Assembly: GCA_045598105.1 (NCBI GenBank)
Contig: JAZLLK010000028.1
Span: forward strand, 5,786-69,785
Reading direction: 5' to 3'
Origin: Bacteroidales bacterium
Lineage (GTDB): Bacteria; Bacteroidota; Bacteroidia; Bacteroidales; WCHB1-69
DNA: 64,000 nucleotides
This document shows, one piece after another, positions 8,614 to 19,012 of this stretch (the stretch's first letter is position 1; the number at the start of each line of letters is the position of its first letter). The notes under the pieces are model-generated. The model was not told the origin of the DNA. It was given only the letters and a program-made list of their open reading frames with translations, and searched no databases. The position numbers and the translations under genes were made by a program.

Positions 8614-9471
8614 TTATTTACCCATTCTTTTTTTCAGTATTTTGCCTATAATACGATATACCAGCACGGCGGCAACCACATCAGAGGATTTTTCAGCCTC
8701 ATTGGGACACAATTCCACCACATCAAACCCCACTACATTCCTTTGTGCCACCAACATAGCAAGCAGCTTATTCACCTGTCGCCATGTGAGTCCGCCGGGA
8801 AGCGGCGTGCCCGTAGAGGGGATAATGGAAGGGTCAAACCCATCTAAATCTATAGTAAGGTACACATTAGGACTTAAGCGGTCTATGGCAGCCTGCATCC
8901 ACAAGTCGTCATCATGTATCTTGTGTGCATAGAATATGTTTTCAGGCACTATATATTCCTGCTCCTCTTCTGCCACCGAGCGTATTCCCACCTGCACCAC
9001 GCGAGCATAAGCCTGCGCCCTTCGCATCACGCAGGCATGATTATATTTGCTTCCGTGATAATTCTCACGCAGGTCAGCATGCGCATCTATTTGCAGCACC
9101 GATAAATTGTCATAATACTCGGCAGTGGCCTGTATGGCACCACAGCTCACCGAATGCTCTCCTCCCAACACTCCCACCAGCTTGTGATCACGCAAATAGA
9201 GCCTGGTACGCTCACATACCGCCCGCACCATTTGCTGCGGTGTGGCCAACTCTATAATGGGCATAGCCGTGTGTATGCCCTGCCTGTATATAGATATATC
9301 CTCCTCCACATCATATAGTTCTATGCTGTCAGAAGCATCTATTAAAGCCTGAGGACCCTTGTCAGCCCCTTTTACAAAAGTGCTGGTACCATCATAAGGC
9401 ACCGGCAACAATACTACAGCAGCACCCTCATACTCATTGTACTGCCTGTCCATGTCCAAAAAATATTCCAT
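8614..9471 (-). CDS. speB: Agmatinase (arginase/ureohydrolase family)
   Basis: Mn-binding signatures GGEHSVS, QIDAHADLR and LTIDLDGFDPSIIPSTGTP, with a length of about 285 aa. Confidence 0.8.
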   Translation of the reverse strand: MEYFLDMDRQYNEYEGAAVVLLPVPYDGTSTFVKGADKGPQALIDASDSIELYDVEEDISIYRQGIHTAMPIIELATPQQMVRAVCERTRLYLRDHKLVGVLGGEHSVSCGAIQATAEYYDNLSVLQIDAHADLRENYHGSKYNHACVMRRAQAYARVVQVGIRSVAEEEQEYIVPENIFYAHKIHDDDLWMQAAIDRLSPNVYLTIDLDGFDPSIIPSTGTPLPGGLTWRQVNKLLAMLVAQRNVVGFDVVELCPNEAEKSSDVVAAVLVYRIIGKILKKRMGK

Positions 9472-10778
9472 TATAAATTCTTTATGGCCTGCTGTATTTG
9501 CTCGTATTTATCTTCATAGCCGGGCTTACGTAACAATATGAACATATTATTTTTATAAGCTTCTACTCCCGGCTGGTTAAAAGGATTCACTTTTAACATA
9601 TAAGCACTTAATCCGCACGCGTATTCAAAAAAGTAAATAAGCTGCCCCAAATGATACTCATCCAAACGCTCTATTTCTATTTTCAATGTAGGCACCCCTC
9701 CCTGCTCATGTGCCAATATGGTTCCATTTTCGGCTTCCTTATTAATGCTTTCTAAGGCCTTACCGGCCAAAAAATTAAGGCCATCAAGGTTGGCTTCATC
9801 ATACGGAACTTCACATAGAGTATTGGCATGTTGCAAACTGAGGAAAGTTTCAAAAAACAATCGCTGCCCCTCCTGCATATATTGCCCCATGGAATGCAAA
9901 TCAGTAGTATAGAGTAATCCGGTAGGAAACAAGCCCTTGTTCTCCTTGCCTTCACTTTCTCCATATAGCTGCTTCCACCATTCTATAAAATAGTAAAAAC
10001 GGGAATCAAATGAAGCCATTACCTCTATTACCTTGCCCTGCTGTAAAAAATAATTACGTATGGCAGCATATTGTAAAGCCATATTATTATCATCCAACTG
10101 ACTAAGGCTATGCTCCATATCTATGGCTCCCTGCACCAAAGCATGTATATCACAGCCGGCCACGGCTATGGGCAATAGCCCTACTGGTGTAAGCACCGAA
10201 TATCGCCCGCCTACATTATCGGGTATTACAAATGTATCATACCCTTCGGTATCAGCCAAAATCTTTAGGGCTCCTTTTTTAGCATCGGTAATGCACACTA
10301 TACGGTCCTTAGCACCCTGCTTACCATATTTGGCTTCACAATGCTGCTTCAGCAAACGAAAAGCCACGGCAGGCTCGGTAGTAGTACCGCTTTTGGATAT
10401 TACTATTACGGCATAATCCTCCTTTTCGGCCTTTTGCATTAAGGCATGCATATAGTCCTGTGACAACTGATGCCCCGCATACACTATTTCAGGCGTGGCC
10501 TCACTCAACTCACCACGTAAAGCACTTATTACCGCTCTGGCACCTAAATAAGAACCGCCTATGCCTGTAACTATTACCGTGTGAGCAATGGCACGCAACC
10601 TGTCTGCTACCCGCTTTATATCAGCATACTGCTGCAAACTTATTTCCTGCGGCAAAGTAAGCCACCCCAAAAAATTATTACCGGAAGCATCTTTACGTAC
10701 TAAATGTAAAGCTTCTTCCTTATTGCAGCTGGCCATGGCCATTTGCCGCACATCACTACTACATTTTAATGATATCAT
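9471..10778 (-). CDS. pgi: Glucose-6-phosphate isomerase
   Basis: GIGGSYLGARAV, VISKSGTTTEP, and GESEGK near the active-site region. Its stop overlaps the speB start (TAATG). Confidence 0.9.
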   Translation of the reverse strand: MISLKCSSDVRQMAMASCNKEEALHLVRKDASGNNFLGWLTLPQEISLQQYADIKRVADRLRAIAHTVIVTGIGGSYLGARAVISALRGELSEATPEIVYAGHQLSQDYMHALMQKAEKEDYAVIVISKSGTTTEPAVAFRLLKQHCEAKYGKQGAKDRIVCITDAKKGALKILADTEGYDTFVIPDNVGGRYSVLTPVGLLPIAVAGCDIHALVQGAIDMEHSLSQLDDNNMALQYAAIRNYFLQQGKVIEVMASFDSRFYYFIEWWKQLYGESEGKENKGLFPTGLLYTTDLHSMGQYMQEGQRLFFETFLSLQHANTLCEVPYDEANLDGLNFLAGKALESINKEAENGTILAHEQGGVPTLKIEIERLDEYHLGQLIYFFEYACGLSAYMLKVNPFNQPGVEAYKNNMFILLRKPGYEDKYEQIQQAIKNL

Positions 10779-10794
10779 ATAGCCTATATTAAGT

Positions 10795-10834
10795 AAAAAA
10801 AATGGAGGTTGAACTTATTTTTCCAACCTCCATT
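10795..10834 (-). terminator. Intrinsic terminator after the OmpH/Skp gene
   Basis: 11-bp stem aatggaggttg / caacctccatt (10801-10811 with 10824-10834), followed on the minus strand by T8. Confidence 0.8.
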
Positions 10835-10861
10835 AAGTTCATTCATATTACTGCGTGAATA

Positions 10862-11377
10862 CTATTTAATGCCTATTTTCTTTTTTACGGCTTCAAATAT
10901 ATTATCACTTTCTTCCTGATAGAGCAATACACCCAATGATGAATCAAATACGTAGGTATAACCCAATTCCTTAGCCACTTCAGCTATGGCAGCCTTAGCT
11001 CTGTCTATAATAGGGGTAAGCACCTGCTCCTGCTTTTGCTGCAAATCCTCTTGGGCAGTGCCTTCAAAAGTTTTAATTCTGGACTCCAAATCCTGCAATT
11101 CTTTTACTTTTACCTGTTGCAAACTTTGACTCATAGTAGCCTGCTTGTCTTGAAAATCCATGGCCTTCTTTTCATATTCGGCATACATGGTTTTCAACTC
11201 GTCTTGCAACTGTGCACTATAATCTTCCAATACCTTTTGCGCGGTATCTATACCGGGCATTATCTTCATTAACTCAGCCGAGTTAATGTGGGCTAATTTA
11301 AGTTTGGCTTGTCCTTGAGCGTTTAAACCTAAGAAAAACAACGCTATAAATGTTACTACAAATGCTAATTTTTTCAT
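10862..11377 (-). CDS. OmpH/Skp family periplasmic chaperone
   Basis: Signal peptide, about 170 aa, and a helical coiled-coil rich in Q/E/K with an N-terminal ..LAHINSAELMKIMP motif. Confidence 0.8.
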   Translation of the reverse strand: MKKLAFVVTFIALFFLGLNAQGQAKLKLAHINSAELMKIMPGIDTAQKVLEDYSAQLQDELKTMYAEYEKKAMDFQDKQATMSQSLQQVKVKELQDLESRIKTFEGTAQEDLQQKQEQVLTPIIDRAKAAIAEVAKELGYTYVFDSSLGVLLYQEESDNIFEAVKKKIGIK

Positions 11378-11402
11378 TTTGTTATACTATTTTTAAAGGT
11401 TA

Positions 11403-11410
11403 CAAAGATA
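11403..11410 (-). promoter_or_regulatory. -7 promoter box (TATCTTTG) for the OmpH/Skp gene
   Basis: Plus-strand caaagata, 26 nt upstream of start codon 11377. Confidence 0.5.
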
Positions 11411-11529
11411 CAATTATTTTCAATCGGTTTGAACAAAAAAGCCACAAAAAAGATACATGTATGCCAAAACATACATTGTCATCGGCCTTTTTATTCTTCA
11501 CTATTTTGTTTTTGAATACTACTCTTTAT

Positions 11530-12624
11530 TTATTTACCTCCTATATGTATAAGTTTAAATGCTATATTATTTTCTCTAAATAACTGTATTACACGTTCTT
11601 TATTAGTGTCCGTAATAAACACCTGCCCAAAACTGTTACCGGCCACCATTTTTATTAATTCCGCTATGCGATGCTCATCTAATTTATCAAACACATCATC
11701 CAACAGCAGCAACGGCAACTTGCCCGTGGCCAGCGTAAGCAGTTCAAACTGGGCCAACTTAAGTGCTATTAAAAAGGATTTTTGCTGCCCTTGAGAGCAA
11801 AAACGCTTCATAGGATGACCGTCCATGTCAAATTTATAGTCATCCTTATGCACACCCGCTGACGTATGCTGACTATAATAATCCTTTTCATAATTCTGAA
11901 TCAAAAGTTGTGCCATACTGCATTGCTGTAAGCCGGAACTGTATTCCACACTCACCTTTTCCCTGCACATGGATATAATAGAAAAGTATTTTTCTATGAT
12001 GGGCATCATTACCTGTACAAATTCGGTTCGCTTATCATATATGTAGCCGGCCAATGCTGTAAGCCGCTCATCCCACAGCTGCAGGGCGGCCGTATCAGGA
12101 GCCTTGTTCTCATACTGCTGCTTAAGCAATGCATTACGCTGGCTAAGTACGCGATTATACGCTATAAGCTTATCTAAATATATTTTATCATATTGTGATA
12201 TAATGCTGTCAAAATACTTTCTACGCACGTCGGCTATGCCGTTAATATAGTCGGTATCATAAGGGGATACCATTACCGTGGGCAGCAACCCTATATGCTC
12301 CGACAAGCGATCATACTCTTTTTGATTATATTTAAATATTTTTCTTTTACCATCCTGCTGCACGCAGGTAAGCTTTTGTGTACCATCCACACCATCCAAA
12401 CAGCATTGACCTATTATGGAAAAAAAATCGGTTCCGCAGCGTATATGCTGCATATCAGAGCTGCTAAAATAGCTCTTGGTCATAGACAAATAGTATATGG
12501 CGTCCAATAAGTTGGTTTTACCCACCCCATTGAGCCCTACTATACAATTTACGCCCGATGAAAACTCATATTGTTCATCTTCGTAATTCTTAAAATTAAT
12601 AAGGTGTATGTTTTCTATATACAT
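11530..12624 (-). CDS. recF: DNA replication and repair protein RecF
   Basis: Walker A GLNGVGKTNLLDAI, signature SQGQQKS, Walker B LLLLDDVFDKLD, 364 aa. Confidence 0.9.
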   Translation of the reverse strand: MYIENIHLINFKNYEDEQYEFSSGVNCIVGLNGVGKTNLLDAIYYLSMTKSYFSSSDMQHIRCGTDFFSIIGQCCLDGVDGTQKLTCVQQDGKRKIFKYNQKEYDRLSEHIGLLPTVMVSPYDTDYINGIADVRRKYFDSIISQYDKIYLDKLIAYNRVLSQRNALLKQQYENKAPDTAALQLWDERLTALAGYIYDKRTEFVQVMMPIIEKYFSIISMCREKVSVEYSSGLQQCSMAQLLIQNYEKDYYSQHTSAGVHKDDYKFDMDGHPMKRFCSQGQQKSFLIALKLAQFELLTLATGKLPLLLLDDVFDKLDEHRIAELIKMVAGNSFGQVFITDTNKERVIQLFRENNIAFKLIHIGGK

Positions 12625-13628
12625 TATGGTTCGTTTAACAATTGTTGCATGCCCGGACTGGCATACACTTTATATTCTCCGTTTTCACTATATATCATAT
12701 ATACCTCTATGTCATTATGATCCTGTACATACTGCATGGCAGCATCCAGCCCCATTACCATGAATGCCGTAGCATAAGCATCGGCATAAACAGCCTTAGC
12801 ATGTAACACTACCACACTCAGTAGCGACTGCTGCAAAGGGTAGCCCGTAAGCGGATTAATTATATGGCTGTATTTTTCGCCTCCATGCTCCTGATATTTT
12901 CTATAGTTGCCCGAAGTTACCAAGGAGGCATTCCGCAATGGCAATGAAGCCATAAGCTGCGTATTACTGTCAGTAGGCTCTTCTATACCCACCAGCCATT
13001 CACCACCGGGCTTTTGTCCATGAGCCCTCACCTCTCCGCCTATGTCCACTATAAAATTATCTACGCCCTGTTTCATTAAATATTCGGATACTTTATCAAC
13101 CGAATAGCCTTGAGCTATAGCGTTCATATCCAGCTGCATATTATCATTTTCCTTATTCAGCCTTCCGTTATGCACACTCACCTTCTGCCAGCCTGTCAGC
13201 TGCAACAAACTGTCAATAAGCAGGCTGTCGGGTTCAACCTTGCTTTTTTGGGGTCCAAAGCCCCATGCCTTAATAAGCGGCGACACCGTAATGTCAAACT
13301 TTCCGTCCGTAACACGGCTTACATATTGTGATATATTAAATAATTGTATAAAATCGTCATTCAATACTACCATAGTATCACCGGCATTGAGCCGGGATAT
13401 AACAGAGCCCTCATTATACACCGAAGCCGTATAATCAAATGCGGTAAGCAGGCTGTCAATATCAGAAGTAAAATCCCTACCCAAACTGTCAAAATACTTT
13501 ACATTATAATAGCTACCCTGTGCAAATCCGGTAATAGTATGCATTTCATACTTATGGCTACAAGCCGCAAACGCCCACACCATCAATATAACACCTGTCG
13601 CACACTTTATATTGTTATAAATCCACAT
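12624..13628 (-). CDS. apbE: FAD:protein FMN transferase (ApbE family lipoprotein)
   Basis: Signal/lipobox (AFAAC), AIAQGYSVDKV, DIGGE, and SVVVLHAKAVYADAYATA typical of ApbE. Confidence 0.85.
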   Translation of the reverse strand: MWIYNNIKCATGVILMVWAFAACSHKYEMHTITGFAQGSYYNVKYFDSLGRDFTSDIDSLLTAFDYTASVYNEGSVISRLNAGDTMVVLNDDFIQLFNISQYVSRVTDGKFDITVSPLIKAWGFGPQKSKVEPDSLLIDSLLQLTGWQKVSVHNGRLNKENDNMQLDMNAIAQGYSVDKVSEYLMKQGVDNFIVDIGGEVRAHGQKPGGEWLVGIEEPTDSNTQLMASLPLRNASLVTSGNYRKYQEHGGEKYSHIINPLTGYPLQQSLLSVVVLHAKAVYADAYATAFMVMGLDAAMQYVQDHNDIEVYMIYSENGEYKVYASPGMQQLLNEP

Positions 13629-14838
13629 GATCAGATACCGATAATTTTTTAGTAGGCCAATACACGGCGGGAAAGGTGAGCGCCAGCACCACCAATAATA
13701 TCATAAGCACATCCCACACGCGTATTTCCACAGGATAGGCTTCCAGCAAATAATGACCGTCACCAAAGGTGATAAGGCCGAATTTATACTGCAAAAAACA
13801 AAATATAAAGCCCAAAACCATGCCTATGAGCATACCTATGCCCGATATAAGCATGCCTTCATGCAAAAATATTTTCTTTAGCATGCGGTTATCGGCCCCC
13901 ATAGCATAAAACACTTTCACCTCCGCCTTTTTTTCCAATATAAGTATAGCCATCATACCCATCATATTAAAGGCCGCTATGAGCAATATAAACGATAATA
14001 TGGCATATATACTCCATTTTTCCGACTGCATAACCTTATACAGGTCCTCTTCCTGCTGATAGGTATTGCGTATATAAAACTGATGTCCATATTGTTTTTG
14101 TAATTGTTTTTGTACCTTGTGTATAGCGGAAGGCTCACACTTTATTTCTATGGCAGTGTATGCATTATCATAATATAACAACTGACGGGCAAACCACATA
14201 GGCACCAATACATATTGTGCATCATTATCGGTATAGGTATAGAATACGCCGGCAGGCAGTATTACCTGCGAATTCAAAGCCGACATTCCGGCCGTGGCAC
14301 GTATTTTTTTTGTACGATCAGGATAATATACCTTCATTATATTATTAGCATTACCTGAAGCGTCCACATTAAGGCGATAGGCTATTTCACCACCCACTAT
14401 AGCAAAGGGAACATCGGGTGTGCCCATATAGAATTGACCCTGTTTTACTATAGTATCCATGCTGTTTATTTTATAATAGTCGGGACGCACACCCTTTAGC
14501 TGAGCTATTACCTGCCTGTCATTGTGCACCCATACGGCTACATCACTAAGCACCTCGGAGCAGTATAGTACATTGTCCATACGCTCTATATCAGCCACAT
14601 TTACCGCATCGGCAGTAAATGTTTTACCCTCTCGGGGCACCATTTGTATATCAGGATTAAAGGAATTCACGGCAGAGGATACAAAATTTTGCAAGCCGTT
14701 GAATATAGAAAGCACTATGAGTAATGCACCCGTAGCCACAGCTATACCCACCAATGACACTATAGAAATGAAATTGATGATATTGTGTGATTTTTTGGCA
14801 AATAAATACCTTGTGGCTATGAGGCGATATACGTTCAC
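13615..14838 (-). CDS. ABC transporter permease, FtsX/LolC-LolE-like
   Basis: TM1, a large periplasmic domain, then three C-terminal TM helices (FtsX domain), 407 aa. Confidence 0.8.
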   Translation of the reverse strand: MNVYRLIATRYLFAKKSHNIINFISIVSLVGIAVATGALLIVLSIFNGLQNFVSSAVNSFNPDIQMVPREGKTFTADAVNVADIERMDNVLYCSEVLSDVAVWVHNDRQVIAQLKGVRPDYYKINSMDTIVKQGQFYMGTPDVPFAIVGGEIAYRLNVDASGNANNIMKVYYPDRTKKIRATAGMSALNSQVILPAGVFYTYTDNDAQYVLVPMWFARQLLYYDNAYTAIEIKCEPSAIHKVQKQLQKQYGHQFYIRNTYQQEEDLYKVMQSEKWSIYAILSFILLIAAFNMMGMMAILILEKKAEVKVFYAMGADNRMLKKIFLHEGMLISGIGMLIGMVLGFIFCFLQYKFGLITFGDGHYLLEAYPVEIRVWDVLMILLVVLALTFPAVYWPTKKLSVSDHVDL

Positions 14839-15173
14839 TTTTTAAGCAGATTATCTATGTTTTCCAAATAATCCAGGGTATCATCATATATAAAATTTAA
14901 TTCGGGTATTACCCGCATTTGATTTTTTATACGCTGCCCCAACTTAAAACGTATTTCCTTATTATTATGCTCCACTATGGCAAATACGGCCTTTTTATCT
15001 TTAGTGGCATATATACTCAAATACACTCTGGCATAAGAGCAGTCACGACTTATTTCCACTCTGGTTACCGTAACCATGGCGGTTCCGTATATATTACGAC
15101 CCTCTACCTGCAGCACGTCAGAAAGTTCCTTTTGCAGCAACTTGGATATTTTTTGTTGTCTTGTAGTTTCCAT
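14835..15173 (-). CDS. rbfA: Ribosome-binding factor A
   Basis: 112 aa with RQQKISKLLQKELSDV..VTVTRVEISRDCSYARVYLS, the typical RbfA KH-like core. Confidence 0.85.
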   Translation of the reverse strand: METTRQQKISKLLQKELSDVLQVEGRNIYGTAMVTVTRVEISRDCSYARVYLSIYATKDKKAVFAIVEHNNKEIRFKLGQRIKNQMRVIPELNFIYDDTLDYLENIDNLLKK

Positions 15174-15251
15174 ATACTATTATAATTTGCTTATAACCGG
15201 CTATAAAATATAATAACGTAAGGCTCATGCCTTTTATTGTGCGTACAGCAC

Positions 15252-15283
15252 AAAAAAAAGGGCACATGAACTTCCATGTACCC
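15252..15283 (-). terminator. Intrinsic terminator after the 2-oxoacid:ferredoxin oxidoreductase operon
   Basis: 9-bp stem (15260-15268 with 15275-15283, one G-U on the minus-strand RNA), 6-nt loop, then T8 on the minus strand. Confidence 0.75.
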
Positions 15284-15317
15284 TTTAATTATTACACTGT
15301 TTTTTTAATATAGAATA

Positions 15318-15869
15318 TTAAAGAGTGTGATAAGGTTGAATTAAACCTTTACCTGTTTCTATAGCTGCTTCGTTATCAGGTATAAGTTTGTGGTGACGCT
15401 CGGGTAATGATTTTTCCAAACCCTTGTGAATAAATTCGGGAGCTACTATGGGTTTCAATTTTAAGAAACCACCCAAAACCACCATGTTAAATACTTTTGC
15501 TATACCCAATTCCTGAGCTTTAGCGGTAGCTTCTATTTGATAAATATTGATATCCTTACGGGTAGGATGATGAGTAATACCATTGGGGTCATATATTAAT
15601 AACCCGCCGGGCTTTACACTATGTTCAAATTTATCTAATGATTGTTGGTTCAATATAATAGCGGTATCAAATTGGTTAATAATAGGAGAACTGATACGTT
15701 CGTCACTTATAATAACCGAAACATTAGCGGTACCACCACGCATTTCAGGACCATAAGAAGGCATCCAGCTAACTTCTTTATCTTGCATTACGCCGGAGTA
15801 AGCAAGGATTTTACCCATAGAAAGTACACCCTGACCTCCAAAGCCTGCTATAATTATTTCTTCTGTCAT
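15318..15869 (-). CDS. 2-oxoacid:ferredoxin oxidoreductase, gamma subunit
   Basis: IIAGFGGQGVLSMGKILA and the PSYGPEMRGG motif of the POR/KOR/VOR gamma domain. Confidence 0.85.
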   Translation of the reverse strand: MTEEIIIAGFGGQGVLSMGKILAYSGVMQDKEVSWMPSYGPEMRGGTANVSVIISDERISSPIINQFDTAIILNQQSLDKFEHSVKPGGLLIYDPNGITHHPTRKDINIYQIEATAKAQELGIAKVFNMVVLGGFLKLKPIVAPEFIHKGLEKSLPERHHKLIPDNEAAIETGKGLIQPYHTL

Positions 15870-15890
15870 GATTTTACTAATTTAAATTAT

Positions 15891-16718
15891 TTATTTAACT
15901 ACAGTTAAAGGATGGTCAACCACTACACGGTTCAAATCTATACCGTCCACTATTTTACCGTCTACTTTTATGTCACCTATAGGATAGTTAGGGAACATAT
16001 TTTCTTCCATCCATTGATTAGCTTGCACCGGAGTCATTTTCCAACCTGAATTACATGAAGATACTATTTCTACAAAAGAAAGACCTTTTTGCAATTTTTG
16101 GTTTTCAAAAGCCTGCTTAACAGCTGCTTTAGCTTTACGTACTGCAGCAGGGGTATGCACACTCTGACGGGTTACATAATAAGTACCCGGTAAAGTGGAA
16201 ATAAGCTCGGTAATACGTAACGGATAACCATTCAAAGCTACATTACGGCCATAAGGTGTGGTAGCTGATTTCATACCCACCAGGGTAGTAGGAGCCATTT
16301 GACCACCGGTCATACCGTATATACCGTTATTAATAAATATCATGGTGATATTTTCACCACGGTTACAAGCATGTATGGTTTCAGCTGTACCTATGGCGGC
16401 CAAGTCACCATCTCCCTGATAGGTAAATACAAAACGATCAGGGTTTAAACGCTTTGCTGCTGTTGCCAATGCAGGTGCACGACCGTGTGCTGCTTCCTGA
16501 AAGTCAACATCAAAATAATTGTATGCCAATACGGAGCATCCTACAGGAGCTATACCTATGGTTTTATCCTGAATGCCAAGTTCATCTATTACTTCGGCAA
16601 CTATACGATGTGCTGTACCGTGTCCGCAACCGGGGCAGTAGTGCATAATAGCATCAGTAAGCACTTTTGTTTTGGTATAAACCAAATTTTCGGGTTTTAC
16701 TATATCTAAATTTGCCAT
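15891..16718 (-). CDS. 2-oxoacid:ferredoxin oxidoreductase, beta (TPP-binding) subunit
   Basis: CPGCGHG near the N-terminus and the GDGD...NNGIYGMTGGQ TPP-binding motif. Confidence 0.85.
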   Translation of the reverse strand: MANLDIVKPENLVYTKTKVLTDAIMHYCPGCGHGTAHRIVAEVIDELGIQDKTIGIAPVGCSVLAYNYFDVDFQEAAHGRAPALATAAKRLNPDRFVFTYQGDGDLAAIGTAETIHACNRGENITMIFINNGIYGMTGGQMAPTTLVGMKSATTPYGRNVALNGYPLRITELISTLPGTYYVTRQSVHTPAAVRKAKAAVKQAFENQKLQKGLSFVEIVSSCNSGWKMTPVQANQWMEENMFPNYPIGDIKVDGKIVDGIDLNRVVVDHPLTVVK

Positions 16719-16726
16719 GATGTGTC

Positions 16727-17809
16727 TTATTTTATAATTTTAGTTTCTAATGCTTCCAATACTTCGGTAGGAGTAGGAATAATACCGCCAAAACGACCAA
16801 AATGCTCAACAGGCAACTTGCATTCGGTAGCCAGTTTTACATCTTCTATCATTTGTCCTGCACTCATTTCCACAGTTAATATACCTTTCACTCTTTGAGC
16901 TACTTCTCTTAACTGCTTGGTAGGGAACGGGAATAATGTGATTAAACGGAATAAACCCACTTTTATACCTTTTTCACGAGCCATTTGCATAGCCTTCATG
17001 GAAATACGTGCTGATGAACCATAAGCTACTATGATATAATCGGCATCTTCGCAATTGAGTGTTTCATAGCGAACTTCTTTTTCTTCCATTTCTCTATACT
17101 TGGCCTGCAATTTATGGTTGAACACTTCCTGCTTGGCTGAATCTAATTCCAAAGAGGTAATAATATTGTGATTACGACTAGCAGGCTTTCCCCAAGTACC
17201 CCAAGGAGCATTCTTTTGACGCTCTTCTTCAGTCCAACGGGGTATATAATCACGGGTGTATAATTTTTCCATGCACTGACCTATAGCACCATCGGAAAGA
17301 ATTAATACAGGATTACGATATTTGAATGCAATATCCCATGCGTCAAATACAAAATCATACATTTCCTGAACCGATGCAGGTGCCATAGTGTATAACTGAT
17401 AGTCACCATGCCCACCGCCTTTTACCGACTGAAAATAATCGGATTGTGAAGGCTGAATAGTACCCAAACCGGGACCACCACGCATTACATTCACTATTAC
17501 ACAAGGAATTTCAGCTCCTGCCAGGTAGGTTAACCCTTCCTGCATCAAACTGATACCGGGAGATGATGAAGAAGTAGCTACTTTTTTACCGGTAGCTGCA
17601 CCACCATACACCATATTGATGGAAGCCATTTCACTTTCTGCTTGAAGAACCGTCATACCGGTAGTTTCCCAAGGTTTTTCGGCCATTAACGTTTCCATTA
17701 CTTCTGATTGCGGGGTAATAGGATAGCCAAAATAGCCATCAGTACCGCTGGCAATCATTGCGCGGGCAATTGCTTCATTACCCTTCATTAACTTTAATTC
17801 TTTTGCCAT
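16727..17809 (-). CDS. 2-oxoacid:ferredoxin oxidoreductase, alpha subunit
   Basis: MKGNEAIARAMIASG..YPITPQSE typical of the alpha subunit, 360 aa. Confidence 0.85.
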   Translation of the reverse strand: MAKELKLMKGNEAIARAMIASGTDGYFGYPITPQSEVMETLMAEKPWETTGMTVLQAESEMASINMVYGGAATGKKVATSSSSPGISLMQEGLTYLAGAEIPCVIVNVMRGGPGLGTIQPSQSDYFQSVKGGGHGDYQLYTMAPASVQEMYDFVFDAWDIAFKYRNPVLILSDGAIGQCMEKLYTRDYIPRWTEEERQKNAPWGTWGKPASRNHNIITSLELDSAKQEVFNHKLQAKYREMEEKEVRYETLNCEDADYIIVAYGSSARISMKAMQMAREKGIKVGLFRLITLFPFPTKQLREVAQRVKGILTVEMSAGQMIEDVKLATECKLPVEHFGRFGGIIPTPTEVLEALETKIIK

Positions 17810-17832
17810 TTTATGTAACTATTTTACGTTTA

Positions 17833-18045
17833 TTACTTTTCTCTATAGACAGATATTACTCCATCCGGACATACTACTGCACAATTTGCGCAGCCTACGC
17901 ATGCATCACTTTGCATTTCAAGGTAGTTATAACCTTTTCCATTCACTTTTTTGGACAAGCCGATAACGTTAAGCTTACAAGCAGTAATACAAACGCCACA
18001 GCCTTTGCACCTTTCTGTGTCAATTACTAATGTTCCTTTTGCCAT
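17833..18045 (-). CDS. 4Fe-4S ferredoxin-type delta subunit of the oxidoreductase
   Basis: Two cluster motifs, CKGCGVCITAC and CVGCANCAVVCP, in 70 aa. It is the first gene of the four-gene operon. Confidence 0.8.
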   Translation of the reverse strand: MAKGTLVIDTERCKGCGVCITACKLNVIGLSKKVNGKGYNYLEMQSDACVGCANCAVVCPDGVISVYREK

Positions 18046-18266
18046 TATTATCTGATTTTAAGTTTATTATATTATTTTCTATATTCAATTATATGTGTTT
18101 ACGAAATTAGCATTTTTTTACCATATAAACATCAAAAAAAAAAGTTTTTTTTCCCTTTTCTTTCCACACAACATGTACACACATAATAATCAACACATTA
18201 CACAAACACCAACACTATTTTTTTATACATTACACCACCTATACACCCTATAAGCGGGAAAAATGC

Positions 18267-18274
18267 TACCTTTG
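18267..18274 (+). promoter_or_regulatory. -7 promoter box (TACCTTTG) for the HAD hydrolase gene
   Basis: TAnnTTTG 25 nt upstream of ATG 18299. It lies downstream of the ORF-track start at 18263, which is therefore rejected. Confidence 0.5.
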
Positions 18275-18298
18275 CATCACAACTATAGCACACATAAT

Positions 18299-18955
18299 AT
18301 GGTACAACTTGTAATATTTGACTTAGACGGCACCCTGCTTTACACCTTGGGGGACCTGGCCAATGCCGTAAACCATGCCCTGCATGCCCAAAACCTGCCC
18401 ACACACAGTGAAGATGAATACAAATACATGGTAGGTAACGGCATAGAGCAACTTTTGTTACGAGCCACACCCGCTCACCTGCACCACAGCCCCGCTATGG
18501 AGCATATCCGCCATGACTTTATGGAATACTACTCCGCACACAAGTGTGATACCACCCGACCCTACACCGATATACCGATACTGCTACAAACCCTGCAGGA
18601 GCAAAGTAAAATGATAGCCGTGGCCTCCAATAAAATACATGAAGCTGCTATTCCTATTATACAGCACTACTTTCCCCACATTATATTCAATGCCGTAATA
18701 GGGCTTAATGAGCACCGCCACCCCAAGCCTCACCCTCAAATGGTAGAAGAAATACTGCAAATATGCCGTGTGCCTAAGCAAAATGCACTATACATAGGCG
18801 ATAGCAATGTAGATATGCTCACCGCCCGCCATGCAGGCCTTACCTCCATAGGTGCCCTGTGGGGCTACCGTACCAAACAGGAACTTACCGATGCCGGTGC
18901 CAACCACATAGCAGCACAGCCACTGGACGTACTGGAATTAATAGCGGAAAAATAA
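18299..18955 (+). CDS. HAD-superfamily hydrolase (phosphoglycolate phosphatase-like)
   Basis: Motif I IFDLDGTL, motif II VASNK, motif IV GDSNVD. Start set to MVQLVIFD. Confidence 0.8.
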   Translation: MVQLVIFDLDGTLLYTLGDLANAVNHALHAQNLPTHSEDEYKYMVGNGIEQLLLRATPAHLHHSPAMEHIRHDFMEYYSAHKCDTTRPYTDIPILLQTLQEQSKMIAVASNKIHEAAIPIIQHYFPHIIFNAVIGLNEHRHPKPHPQMVEEILQICRVPKQNALYIGDSNVDMLTARHAGLTSIGALWGYRTKQELTDAGANHIAAQPLDVLELIAEK

Positions 18956-19012
18956 AACAAAAGCGGTAGGACACTTTAGCCTGCCGCCTGTGAAATATGT
19001 ATAGTATGAAAA

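Noticed and set aside
11530-12624. RecF-like ABC ATPase as part of a defence system (for example an OLD, Gabija or AAA-type module).
   Set aside because: It has canonical RecF length and motifs. It sits in a housekeeping operon (rbfA, lolE-like, apbE, recF) with no nuclease partner.
18134-18152. An A10-G-T8 quasi-palindrome in the kor/HAD divergent region.
   Set aside because: It is short and could only form an A-T hairpin. It is far less extreme than the A25 tract, and I have no evidence for function.
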